From NCBI GenBank assembly GCA_965204755.1, contig OZ242011.1:3584001-3648000 (forward strand): a DNA stretch of 64,000 nucleotides, written 5' to 3'. A program made the translations under genes and the position numbers. The stretch is from Candidatus Marinacidobacterium sp. GTDB taxonomy: Bacteria > Acidobacteriota > Vicinamibacteria > Marinacidobacterales > Marinacidobacteraceae. Positions 55,681-64,000 of this stretch are shown here, in pieces. Each line of letters opens with the position of its first letter. Position 1 is the stretch's first letter. The notes beneath the pieces are model-generated. The model saw nothing but the letters and a program-made list of their open reading frames with translations, was not told the DNA's origin and ran no database searches.

Positions 55681-56940
55681 TCAGGGCCGGTTCGGGGCCT
55701 CGCTGCGGATGGCGCCCACCGTCATGAGGAGGGCCTCGACATCGGCCTCGCCGAATTCGCCGTCCGCGGTGGCGGCGGCGACCAGGCGGGCGGCGCGCCA
55801 CACCTGGAGGACGCCGACCCGTCCTTCGCGGCTGAGTTCCGAGAGGGTCTCGAAGGCGGCGTCTATCTCCGCCCCCCTCCCCTCGGCTTCGGCGGGGAGC
55901 GCGTCGCGGGAGATGATGCGCAGCGACTCGATCGCCGCGGCCCGCTGCGCTTCGGGGGCGACGATGTAGCCGAGATAGGTGAACAGTCCCCCGGCCACCA
56001 CGACCCCGGCCGTCAGGGAGAGGCCGAGCGCCAGGTAGCCGAGGCGGCGGCGCGCCGCCGGGACGCCCGCGAGTTCCCGGCCGATGCTCAGCGCGCCGGG
56101 CGGCGGACTCGGCGCTTCCGGCAGCCGTCGGCGACCGGGTTCCTCCGCGGGCCGGCCGGAGGTCTTCGCGGCGCCCTCGGCGGGGACGAGCCGCCGGCAG
56201 TAGCCGAACCCCACGATGGCGAGGATCGCCGCCGCCGGGATCAGGATGTTCGCCGGAACCCAGAGCGGGTCGGCCAGGGTCTCCACGCCGGCGAGGTTGT
56301 AGAGGAGCAGCGCGGCCAGGTTGTGGAAGAAGTGGATCGAGATCGGCGTCAGGATGCTGCCGGTCGCCCGGGCGGCGAGACCGAGGACCAGTCCGGCCAC
56401 GAAGTAGTTCGGGAGCAGCAGGCCGTGCATCACCGTGAACAGCAGCGCGGAGAGCGCGATGGAGCCGTACCGCCCCAACCGGCGGAAGCCGCACAGGATC
56501 ACCCCCCGGAACAGCATCTCTTCGGCGAGCGCCGCGCCGCAGGCGATGCCGGCGATCCGGATGACCCACGAGGCGAGGCTGTCCGCGGTGACCAGTTCCG
56601 CCGCCGCGCGCAGGACTTCCTCGTCCACCGGGAGGAAGAGCCGGCCCAGGGTCGCCAACTGGTCGCTGACCACGAACAGCGCGAGCGCCGCCGGAACCGA
56701 CAGCAGGAGGTCGAACAGGGACGCCGGGCGCAGCCGGAACACGCGGAACGGGTCCAGCCGGAAGATCCGGATGGCCGCGAGCGCGGTGAGCAGCGTGAGG
56801 CCCGGCGTCGCGAGCACCGCGAAGCCCAGCGGGAGGCCGGTCCGGGCGAGGAACACCCCGAGGCCCAGGACCGCCGCGAAGGCGGTCGCGAAGGCGAGGA
56901 GCGCCTGTCCGGGAGTGGGCAGTCCGGGGGGCTTCTTCAC
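55681..56940 (-). CDS. CPBP (Abi/CAAX type II) intramembrane glutamic endopeptidase
   Basis: AEEMLFRG, FTVMH, IHFFHN motifs. Confidence 0.85.
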   Translation of the reverse strand: MKKPPGLPTPGQALLAFATAFAAVLGLGVFLARTGLPLGFAVLATPGLTLLTALAAIRIFRLDPFRVFRLRPASLFDLLLSVPAALALFVVSDQLATLGRLFLPVDEEVLRAAAELVTADSLASWVIRIAGIACGAALAEEMLFRGVILCGFRRLGRYGSIALSALLFTVMHGLLLPNYFVAGLVLGLAARATGSILTPISIHFFHNLAALLLYNLAGVETLADPLWVPANILIPAAAILAIVGFGYCRRLVPAEGAAKTSGRPAEEPGRRRLPEAPSPPPGALSIGRELAGVPAARRRLGYLALGLSLTAGVVVAGGLFTYLGYIVAPEAQRAAAIESLRIISRDALPAEAEGRGAEIDAAFETLSELSREGRVGVLQVWRAARLVAAATADGEFGEADVEALLMTVGAIRSEAPNRP

Positions 56941-56988
56941 GGTGTCCGCCGGCTTTCGGAGGGGAGTTCCGGTGCTACCTTGCCCGCC

Positions 56989-57321
56989 GTGCCCGACACG
57001 ATCTCCACAGGATACCGTCCGCCTCCCGCCCCGGCGGAACCGGCGGCCGGGGGCCTCGCGCCCTCCGGGAAGGCCGGGGCGTTGGAGCGCCTGCCGACGC
57101 GGCCCCGGCGCGGGGGCTTCTTCCGGGCGTTGCGAATCGTCGTGGGTTTCGCGCTGCTGGCCCTCGGGGTGGTCGGGCTCTTCCTGCCGGTGCTGCAAGG
57201 AGTCCTGCTCCTCCTGGCCGGGCTCGCGGTGCTGGGGCGGGACCTGCCCTGGGCGCGCTCGCTCACCGACCGCCTGGCCGGTTACCTGAAGCGCCGCCGG
57301 GCGCGCTCCGGCGGGGGCTGA
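56989..57321 (+). CDS. Small membrane protein (PGPGW-like)
   Basis: GFALLALGVVGLFLPVLQGVLLLLAGLAVL...PWAR; TGcTACCTT box 7 nt before the GTG. Confidence 0.65.
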   Translation: MPDTISTGYRPPPAPAEPAAGGLAPSGKAGALERLPTRPRRGGFFRALRIVVGFALLALGVVGLFLPVLQGVLLLLAGLAVLGRDLPWARSLTDRLAGYLKRRRARSGGG

Positions 57322-57349
57322 GTCGGCGCCCGCCTTCCCGGACCGGCCC

Positions 57350-59881
57350 GTGGGAGTCCCGGAAGAACTCCGGCGGCGCTACCGCGCGCTCGTCGCCGAG
57401 GTCGCCCGTCACGACCGGCTCTACTACCTCTACGACGCTCCCGAAATCGGCGACGACGAGTACGACCGCCTCTACCGGGAGTTGGAGTCCCTCGAACGGG
57501 CCCGCCCGGGGATCGCGGACCCGAACTCCCCCACGCAGCGGGTGCCCGGGGGCGTCGCCGAAGGGTTCGCCGAAGTCCGGCACCTGAAGCCGCTCCTCTC
57601 GCTGCAGAGCGTCCTCGAAGACGGGGAGGTCCGGGAGTTCGCCGAACGGACGGAGCGGGAGATCGGCCGGGAGGGGATCGTCTATTGCCTGGAGCCGAAG
57701 TTCGACGGGCTCTCGGTGGAGTTGGTCTATGAGGACGGGGCCTTCCGGCGCGGAAGCACCCGGGGCAACGGCGAAGTGGGGGAGGACATCACGCCCAACC
57801 TCCGGACCATCCGCACGCTGCCGCTCCGGTTGTCCGGTTCGTCGTTCCCGGCGACGCTGGCGGTCCGGGGGGAAGTGGTCCTCCCGGTCGCGGCGTTCCG
57901 CCGGATGAACCGGCGCCTCGAAGAGGAGGGGAACCCGACCTTCCAGAACCCGAGGAACGCCGCCGCCGGCTCGCTCCGGCAGTTGGACTCCCGGGTGGCG
58001 GCCGCCCGTCCGCTGGCGCTTTTCGCCTACGACATCCTGGTCTGGGAGTCCGCGCCCGGGGGGGCGCCGGCGCCGCCTCCGCCGGAGACGCAATCCGGCG
58101 CGCTGCGGACGCTGGCGGCGCTCGGTTTCACGGTGGCGGCGGAGGGCGGGAGCGCCGACGGGGACGGGCGGGGCGTGTGGTGGGAGACCGGGGTCGGGGT
58201 CGAAGCCGTGCTCGACTACCGCCGGCGGTTGCTCGCCGGGCGGGAGGCCCTCCCGGTGGAACTCGACGGGGCGGTGGTCAAGGTGGACCGGGTGCTCGAC
58301 CGGGAGGAGATCGGGGTCCGGTCGCGGAGTCCGCGTTGGGCGGCGGCCTGCAAGTTCCCGCCGGAGACCGCGGAGACCACCCTCGAGGAGATCGGGCTCC
58401 AGGTGGGGCGCACCGGCAAACTCACGCCGGTGGCGCACCTCGCGGCGGTGGAGGTGGCCGGGGTGGTCGTGCGGCGGGCGAGCCTCCACAACGAGGCGAT
58501 GGCGCAGTCGCTGGGCGCCCGCCCCGGCGACCGGGTGCTGGTGCAGCGGGCCGGGGATGTGATTCCGCAGGTCGTGCGGACGGTCTCGCCGAAGCGGGAA
58601 GCGGAGGGCGCCGCCTGGACGATGCCCGACGAGTGTCCGGTCTGCGCCGGGCCGGTGGAACTTTCGGGGGCGAACCACTTCTGCCGGAGCGGCTGGGATT
58701 GTCCGGCGCAGCGCCACGCCCGCCTCGTCCACTTCGTGAGCCGGGGCCGCATGGAGATCGAGACCCTGGGGGAGGAACTCGTGGAGGCGCTGACGGAACA
58801 GGGGCTGCTCTCGACGCCCGCCGACCTCTACCGGCTGAGCCGGGAGCGGTTGCTCGCCGTGCCGAGCCGGTCCGCCGGGCGGCCGTTCGACCGCGCGGCG
58901 GCGGAGGCGGTGGTGGCGGCGCTCGCCGAACGGCGGGCCGCGGCGGAGAAGGCGCCCGACGATGCGCCGCTCGCGGAGCGCGCGGCCGAGGAGCGGAAGC
59001 CGCTCGTCAAGTACATCGCCGGGCTGGACTTGCCCGGAGTCGGCGGCGTCACCGCGGAGTCGCTGCTCGATACCGGGCTCGTGGCGCGGCGGGCCGACCT
59101 GTTCCGGCTCACCGTCGAGGACCTCCTGTCCCTCCCGGAGCGCAAGCGGCGGCCCTTCGCCGAGCGCTCGGCGAAGAACCTGCTCAAGGAGATCGAGGCC
59201 AGCCGCTCCGTCCGGCTCGACCGGTTCCTGTTCGCCCTGGGGATCCCCCACATCGGGCAGCGCGCGGCGCGGGTGCTGGCGGGAAGGTTCGGCGCGCTCG
59301 GGGCGCTTCGGGCCGCGACCCGGGAGTCGCTCCTCGAAGTGCACGAGATCGGCGAGCAGGCGGCGGACGCGCTCACCGCCTTCTTCGCCGACGAGGGGAA
59401 CCGGCGGATGCTCGACGACCTGGCGTCGCTCGGCGTCTCGCCGACCTGGGAGGCCACCGGGGAGGCGACGCTGGCCGGGCTCAAGATCGTCCTCACCGGC
59501 AGCCTGACCGGGATGACCCGCGAGGAGGCGGCCGAGTTGATCGAGCGCCACGGCGGCCAGACGCCGTCGAGCGTGAGCAGCCGGACTTCGCTGGTGATCG
59601 CCGGCGAAAAGGCCGGGTCGAAACTCGACCGGGCGAGGGAACTCGGCGTCCCGGTGGGCGGCGCGGCGGACCTGGTGCGGCTCGCCGCCGGGGAGATCAC
59701 CCTGGACGATCTCGCCCCCCCGGCGGAGCCGGAACCGGGGCCCCTGTCGGAATCCAGTTCGGAGTCCCGATCGGACTCGAAACCGGCGGGGCTCTTCGCC
59801 GACGGCGGGGCCGCGCCCGGCGGCGAAGCGGGCGGCCCCTCCGACTCCACGCCGGAAACCGGCGGGGGCGCGGAGGCGTAG
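57350..59881 (+). CDS. ligA: NAD-dependent DNA ligase
   Basis: HDRLYY, EPKFDGLS, STRGNGEVGEDIT, RNAAAGSLRQLD, VGRTG, CPVC zinc finger, HhH, BRCT (AGSKL). Confidence 0.96.
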   Translation: MGVPEELRRRYRALVAEVARHDRLYYLYDAPEIGDDEYDRLYRELESLERARPGIADPNSPTQRVPGGVAEGFAEVRHLKPLLSLQSVLEDGEVREFAERTEREIGREGIVYCLEPKFDGLSVELVYEDGAFRRGSTRGNGEVGEDITPNLRTIRTLPLRLSGSSFPATLAVRGEVVLPVAAFRRMNRRLEEEGNPTFQNPRNAAAGSLRQLDSRVAAARPLALFAYDILVWESAPGGAPAPPPPETQSGALRTLAALGFTVAAEGGSADGDGRGVWWETGVGVEAVLDYRRRLLAGREALPVELDGAVVKVDRVLDREEIGVRSRSPRWAAACKFPPETAETTLEEIGLQVGRTGKLTPVAHLAAVEVAGVVVRRASLHNEAMAQSLGARPGDRVLVQRAGDVIPQVVRTVSPKREAEGAAWTMPDECPVCAGPVELSGANHFCRSGWDCPAQRHARLVHFVSRGRMEIETLGEELVEALTEQGLLSTPADLYRLSRERLLAVPSRSAGRPFDRAAAEAVVAALAERRAAAEKAPDDAPLAERAAEERKPLVKYIAGLDLPGVGGVTAESLLDTGLVARRADLFRLTVEDLLSLPERKRRPFAERSAKNLLKEIEASRSVRLDRFLFALGIPHIGQRAARVLAGRFGALGALRAATRESLLEVHEIGEQAADALTAFFADEGNRRMLDDLASLGVSPTWEATGEATLAGLKIVLTGSLTGMTREEAAELIERHGGQTPSSVSSRTSLVIAGEKAGSKLDRARELGVPVGGAADLVRLAAGEITLDDLAPPAEPEPGPLSESSSESRSDSKPAGLFADGGAAPGGEAGGPSDSTPETGGGAEA

Positions 59882-59889
59882 AGGACATC

Positions 59890-60081
59890 GTGCCTACTTT
59901 CCTGCTCTGGCTGCTGGTCTTCGTCGTCTGCTGGCCGATCGCGGTGCTCGCGCTGCTCCTGTGGCCCCTGGTGTGGCTGTTCCTGTTGCCGTTCCGGCTC
60001 CTCGGCGTCGCGGTGGACGGGGTATTCACCTTCCTGCGGGCGATGCTGACGCTGCCGGGACGGATGCTCGGCGCCCGCTGA
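59890..60081 (+). CDS. Small hydrophobic membrane protein (63 aa)
   Basis: GAGGA RBS, GTG; CWPIAVLALLLWPLVWL...PFRL. Confidence 0.65.
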   Translation: MPTFLLWLLVFVVCWPIAVLALLLWPLVWLFLLPFRLLGVAVDGVFTFLRAMLTLPGRMLGAR

Positions 60082-60201
60082 GGCCTCGGCCGCCACCAAC
60101 CGGGACAATCGAACCGCGCCCGGACTCCCGGCGCGCGCCGGGGGCGGCGTCGAGGGACTTCCGGCGCGGCGGGCGCAGCGCGGAACCGGGAGAATGCGCC
60201 G

Positions 60202-61869
60202 ATGGAGCACTCGGAACGCGCCGCCGCCGAACGGCTCGAGGCCCTGCGGCGCGAACTCGCGCCGGTCCGGCGGTCGCTCGACCGGATCGCGGGAGCGGAT
60301 CCCTCCGGCGCGGCCGCTCTGCCGCCTCGCCGGGAGGCGGTGGAGCCGCTGGCCTCCGCCGAGATCGCGGCCCGCGCGGCTGCCGACGCGCGCCGGGAGG
60401 ACTCTTCCTCCCCGGTCGGCTTTCCGGTCGGGGGGACGGCGCCGCCCGGCAGTCTGCCCGGCAGTCTGCCCGGCAGTCTGCCCGGCAGTCTGGTCGAAGC
60501 GCTCGCGCTGGTCCGGGCCCGGGAGGTCTCGCCGGAGGAACTCCGCGCGGACGCGCTCGCGCGGGCGGAGTCGTCCGGGCTCGGCGCGTTCCTCGAGACC
60601 GGGGGCGGCCCGCCGAGGGCCAGGGTCGCGGACGAGCGCGACGGCGCCGTCGCGGACCTGCCGCTGGGCGGTTTGCCCCTGACGCTGAAGGACATCTTCG
60701 ACGCCGCGGGCTGGACGACGACCTCGGGCTCTCGTTTCCCGGTTCGGGCGAAGGCGGACTCGTGGGCCTGGGCGAGGCTCGCCGAGGCCGGGGCGGCGCT
60801 CCTCGGCAAGACGAACCTGAACGAGTGGGCGTTCGGGGTGGACGGGGGGAACCCGCACTTCGGGCCGACGCGGAACCCGCACGACCCGGAGCGGATCGTC
60901 GGCGGCTCGTCCTCCGGGTCGGCGGCCTCGCTCGCCGCCGGGATCGGGTACGGGTCGCTCGGTTCGGACACCGGCGGCTCCATCCGCATCCCGGCGGCGC
61001 TCACCGGGATCTTCGGCCTCAAGCCGACTTGGGGCCGCCTCTCCCGCGCCGGCGTCACGCCGCTCTCCTGGAGTCTCGACCACATCGGCCCGATGGCGCG
61101 GAGCGCCGCGGACCTCGGGCTCCTCTGGTCGGTCCTCTCCGGCGAGTCCGCCTCCGGCGGCGACTCGGCGGCGGGGGCGGTCCCGGACTCGGCGCCGCTC
61201 GCGGGCCTCACCGCCGGAGTCCCGGAGAACTTCTTCTTCGACGATCTCACTCCCGAAGCGCGGGCGGCGGCGGAGCGGGTCGTTCGGGCCCTCGAAGGGA
61301 TCGGCGTCCGCGCGGCGCCGGTCCGCATCCCGGAGATCGAACTCGCCGGGATCTGCCGGACCGTGATCGCCTTCGCGGAGGCGGCGGCCTTCCACCGCCG
61401 CCGCCTCCTCGAGCGCCCCGCGGACTTCGGCGGCGCCGTCCGGATGCTGCTCACCGCCGGCGCCGGGCTCACGGCGGACGAAGTCCTGACCGCGCTCCGG
61501 GGCAGGCGGCTGGTTACGGACGCGGTTTCCCGAGCGTTCGAGGCCGTGGATTTCCTGATCGCGCCCACCACCCCGGCCGGGGCGCCGCGGCTCGGGGAAG
61601 CCGCGCTGGACACCGGCGAAGACCTGCGCGGCGGGCTCATGCGGCTGGTCGGCCCCTTCGACCTCACCGGCCATCCGGCGCTCCAGATCCCCGCCGGGCG
61701 CGACCGGAACGCCATGCCGCTCGGGGCCCAACTCGTGGGGCCGCATGGCGGCGAAGGGATCCTGATCCGGGCGGCGCGGGAACTCGAAGCCGCCGGGGCC
61801 GGGGGTTCGGAGAGCGCGGGGGCGCCGCCGCCCGGTTGCTATATTCCGCCCGATGCTGCTCGAAGGTAA
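60202..61869 (+). CDS. Amidase signature family enzyme
   Basis: LKDIFD, GKTNLNE, GGSSSGS, GSDTGGSIRIPA. Confidence 0.9.
   Translation: MEHSERAAAERLEALRRELAPVRRSLDRIAGADPSGAAALPPRREAVEPLASAEIAARAAADARREDSSSPVGFPVGGTAPPGSLPGSLPGSLPGSLVEALALVRAREVSPEELRADALARAESSGLGAFLETGGGPPRARVADERDGAVADLPLGGLPLTLKDIFDAAGWTTTSGSRFPVRAKADSWAWARLAEAGAALLGKTNLNEWAFGVDGGNPHFGPTRNPHDPERIVGGSSSGSAASLAAGIGYGSLGSDTGGSIRIPAALTGIFGLKPTWGRLSRAGVTPLSWSLDHIGPMARSAADLGLLWSVLSGESASGGDSAAGAVPDSAPLAGLTAGVPENFFFDDLTPEARAAAERVVRALEGIGVRAAPVRIPEIELAGICRTVIAFAEAAAFHRRRLLERPADFGGAVRMLLTAGAGLTADEVLTALRGRRLVTDAVSRAFEAVDFLIAPTTPAGAPRLGEAALDTGEDLRGGLMRLVGPFDLTGHPALQIPAGRDRNAMPLGAQLVGPHGGEGILIRAARELEAAGAGGSESAGAPPPGCYIPPDAARR
60445..60492 (+). 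repeat. Perfect 12-bp tandem repeat CCCGGCAGTCTG x4 (PGSL)
   Basis: Read directly from the sequence. Confidence 0.95.
61837..61845 (+). promoter_or_regulatory. Extended -10 promoter TGcTATATT giving a leaderless fabI mRNA
   Basis: 7 nt upstream of ATG 61853; no SD sequence. Confidence 0.6.
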
Positions 61870-62647
61870 ACGGGGCCTGATCGTCGGGGTCGCCAACCAC
61901 CGATCCTTCGCTTGGGGCATCGCGCAGTCGGCGGCGAGGGAGGGCGCGCGCCTCGCGCTGAGTTTCCAGAACGAGCGGCTCGGGCGCAATGTCCGGAAGT
62001 TGGCAGCGGAAGTTCCCGGCGCGGTCACCCTGCCGCTCGATGTCGGCGAAGAGGAGCAGATCGAAGCGGCGGTCCGGACGGTCGAGGCCGAACTCGGCGG
62101 GCTCGATTTCCTGGTGCACGCGGTCGCTTACGCGCTGCGCGAAGACCTGACCGGGACTTACCTCGCCACTTCGCGGGACGGGTTCCGCGTCGCGCACGAG
62201 GTTTCCGTCTATTCGCTGACCGCGCTCGCGAACCGGTTCGCCGGACTGCTCGAGGCGGACGGGGGAGGGGCGGTGCTGACCTTGAGTTATCTCGGCGGCG
62301 AGCGCGCGGTGCCTCACTACAATGTGATGGGCGTCGCCAAAGCGTCGCTCGAGTCCTCCGTTCGTTACCTGGCCGGCGATCTCGGGCCGCGCGGCGTCCG
62401 GGTGAACGCGATCTCCGCCGGCCCGGCGCGGACGCTGGCGGCGTCGGGCGTTTCCGGGATCGGCAAGATGGTCGAGCACTACTCGGAGTACGCGCCGCTC
62501 CGCGCCGGCACCGACAAATCGGAAGTGGGGGACGCCGCAGTGTTCCTGCTGTCGCCTTACGCCCGGGGAATCACCGGGGAAGTCCTCCATGTGGACAGCG
62601 GGTTCCACTCGGTCGGCGCGACGATCCCCGGCCTTTCCGCCGACTGA
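61853..62647 (+). CDS. fabI: Enoyl-ACP reductase
   Basis: GVANHRSFAWGIA, YNVMGVAKASLE, NAISAGP-RTLAASG, HVDSG. Confidence 0.95.
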   Translation: MLLEGKRGLIVGVANHRSFAWGIAQSAAREGARLALSFQNERLGRNVRKLAAEVPGAVTLPLDVGEEEQIEAAVRTVEAELGGLDFLVHAVAYALREDLTGTYLATSRDGFRVAHEVSVYSLTALANRFAGLLEADGGGAVLTLSYLGGERAVPHYNVMGVAKASLESSVRYLAGDLGPRGVRVNAISAGPARTLAASGVSGIGKMVEHYSEYAPLRAGTDKSEVGDAAVFLLSPYARGITGEVLHVDSGFHSVGATIPGLSAD

Positions 62648-62652
62648 GCGCC

Positions 62653-63939
62653 ATGGCGCCCGACCCGACTGCGGCGAGCCGGTCTTCCGGCGGTGGAGCG
62701 AACGGCGGGGAGAACGGCGGGGCGGCGCTGGTCTATGACTGGAACCGCCCGGACCCGGAGTCCGCCTGGCGCCCGCCGAAACCGGTACTGCTGAACGACG
62801 AAACGCTGCGCGACGGCCTGCAGAGTCCGTCGGTCGTTTCCCCGCCGGTGGAGAAGAAGTTGGAAGCCCTCCACCTGATGGAGCGGCTCGGCATCCACGG
62901 CGCCGACATCGGCCTGCCCGGCGCCGGGCCGGCGGTCGAGGCGCAGGTTCTCCGGCTGGCGCGGGAAATCACCGACTGCGGGATGGATATCCGGCCGAAC
63001 TGCGCCGCCCGCACCGTGATCGCGGACATCGAACCGATCGCGCGGATCTCGGAAGCGGTGGGACAACCCATCGAGGCCGCGATGTTCATCGGTTCGAGTC
63101 CGATCCGGCAGTACGCGGAGGATTGGGATCCGGACATCCTCCTGCGGCACACCGAGAAGGCCGTCACCTGGGCCGTGGAACACGGACTCCCGGCGATGTA
63201 TGTGACCGAGGACACGACCCGCGCCCGCCCGGAAACGGTCCGCCGCCTCTACCGCGCGGCCATCGAATCCGGCGCGCGCCGGGTCGTGGTATGCGACACG
63301 GTGGGCCACGCCACCCCGGACGGGGTTACCCGGCTGCTGCGTTTCGTCCGCGAAGTGATCGAGGAGACCGGCGAGGAAGTCCAACTGGATTGGCACGGGC
63401 ACCGGGACCGCGGACTCTCCGTTCCGAACAGCCTCACCGCCATCGAGGCCGGCGCCGACTGCGTCCACGGCACCGCCATCGGGATCGGAGAACGGTGCGG
63501 GAACACGCCGATGGACCAGTTGCTCGTGAACCTGCGCCTGCTGGAGTGGGTGGACAACGACCTGACCTGCCTGCCGGACTACTGCCGGCTGATCGCGGAA
63601 GTCACCGGCGTGCCCATACCCGCCGGGTACCCGGTGGTGGGGCGCGACGCGTTCCGCACCGGCACCGGCGTCCACGCCGCGGCCATCATCAAGGCGTTGG
63701 CCAAGGGTGACGACTGGTTGGCCGACCGGGTGTATTCCGGCGTGCCGGCGGGGGACTACGGGCTCCACCAGCGGGTGGAGGTCGGGCCGATGAGCGGGCT
63801 GTCGAATGTCATCTACTGGCTGCAGCAGCACGGCTACGAACCGACCGACGAACGACAACATCGAGTGTTCCGCGCCGCCAAGGAGGCCGACCGGGTCCTC
63901 ACGGACGCCGAGATCGAATCGGTCCTGGCGGAGGCGTAG
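62653..63939 (+). CDS. LeuA-like DRE-TIM acyltransferase (isopropylmalate/homocitrate synthase type) without the regulatory domain
   Basis: DETLRDGLQ, CDTVG, HGHRDRG, GIGERCGN, GVHA, GPMSGLSN. Confidence 0.85.
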   Translation: MAPDPTAASRSSGGGANGGENGGAALVYDWNRPDPESAWRPPKPVLLNDETLRDGLQSPSVVSPPVEKKLEALHLMERLGIHGADIGLPGAGPAVEAQVLRLAREITDCGMDIRPNCAARTVIADIEPIARISEAVGQPIEAAMFIGSSPIRQYAEDWDPDILLRHTEKAVTWAVEHGLPAMYVTEDTTRARPETVRRLYRAAIESGARRVVVCDTVGHATPDGVTRLLRFVREVIEETGEEVQLDWHGHRDRGLSVPNSLTAIEAGADCVHGTAIGIGERCGNTPMDQLLVNLRLLEWVDNDLTCLPDYCRLIAEVTGVPIPAGYPVVGRDAFRTGTGVHAAAIIKALAKGDDWLADRVYSGVPAGDYGLHQRVEVGPMSGLSNVIYWLQQHGYEPTDERQHRVFRAAKEADRVLTDAEIESVLAEA

Positions 63940-64000
63940 CGGGCGCCCGGGCGGCGGCGGTTCTCGCGTCAGCGGCTCGGCGGGCATCGAAGCGCGGCGG

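Noticed and set aside
55681-56940. CPBP/Abi protease as an abortive-infection gene
   Set aside because: The family name does not imply phage defence, and it sits among housekeeping genes far from the island.
4565-60492. Short tandem repeats as CRISPR arrays
   Set aside because: 12-15-bp units without spacers, inside coding frames; no cas genes.
60202-61869. gatA
   Set aside because: Generic amidase signature only; no gatB or gatC adjacent.

Overview
Very GC-rich bacterial DNA. The gene content (GWxTD protein, TPR and FG-GAP/ASPIC-UnbV clusters, Oar-like TonB-dependent receptor) suggests Acidobacteriota; this is inference. Main points: (1) 105-942 holds two tandem rhodanese genes that the ORF track truncates. 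Each has an in-frame TGA exactly at the catalytic Cys position (U-x-x-G-x-R), a homologous C-terminal half after the TGA, and an identical 16-nt SECIS-like hairpin core, so both are probable selenoproteins. One is a lipoprotein, and both lie downstream of two Tat-exported PLP aminotransferases. (2) 15979-37235 is a class I DISARM island (drmD-drmMI-drmA-drmB-drmC) carrying three paralogous AAA(+PD-(D/E)XK) genes and a membrane protein/IrrE-type peptidase pair. Its methyltransferase is split by an IS1634-family element inserted in SAM-binding motif I; removing the element restores a 1342-aa ORF. (3) Other oddities: LigD with a dead ligase domain, a Tat alpha-hydroxy-acid oxidase with CxxCH, a TonB_C-DUF1326 fusion, a single-chain triple RidA lipoprotein, LigA with a duplicated HhH module, CUG starts, leaderless promoters and apparent AGCT/ACGT avoidance. 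The rest is housekeeping or envelope genes (modABC, lysA, ligA, fabI, leuA-like, amidase, S9 peptidase). I saw no rRNA, tRNA or CRISPR array. Domain calls come from recognising motifs by eye; no database searches were run.
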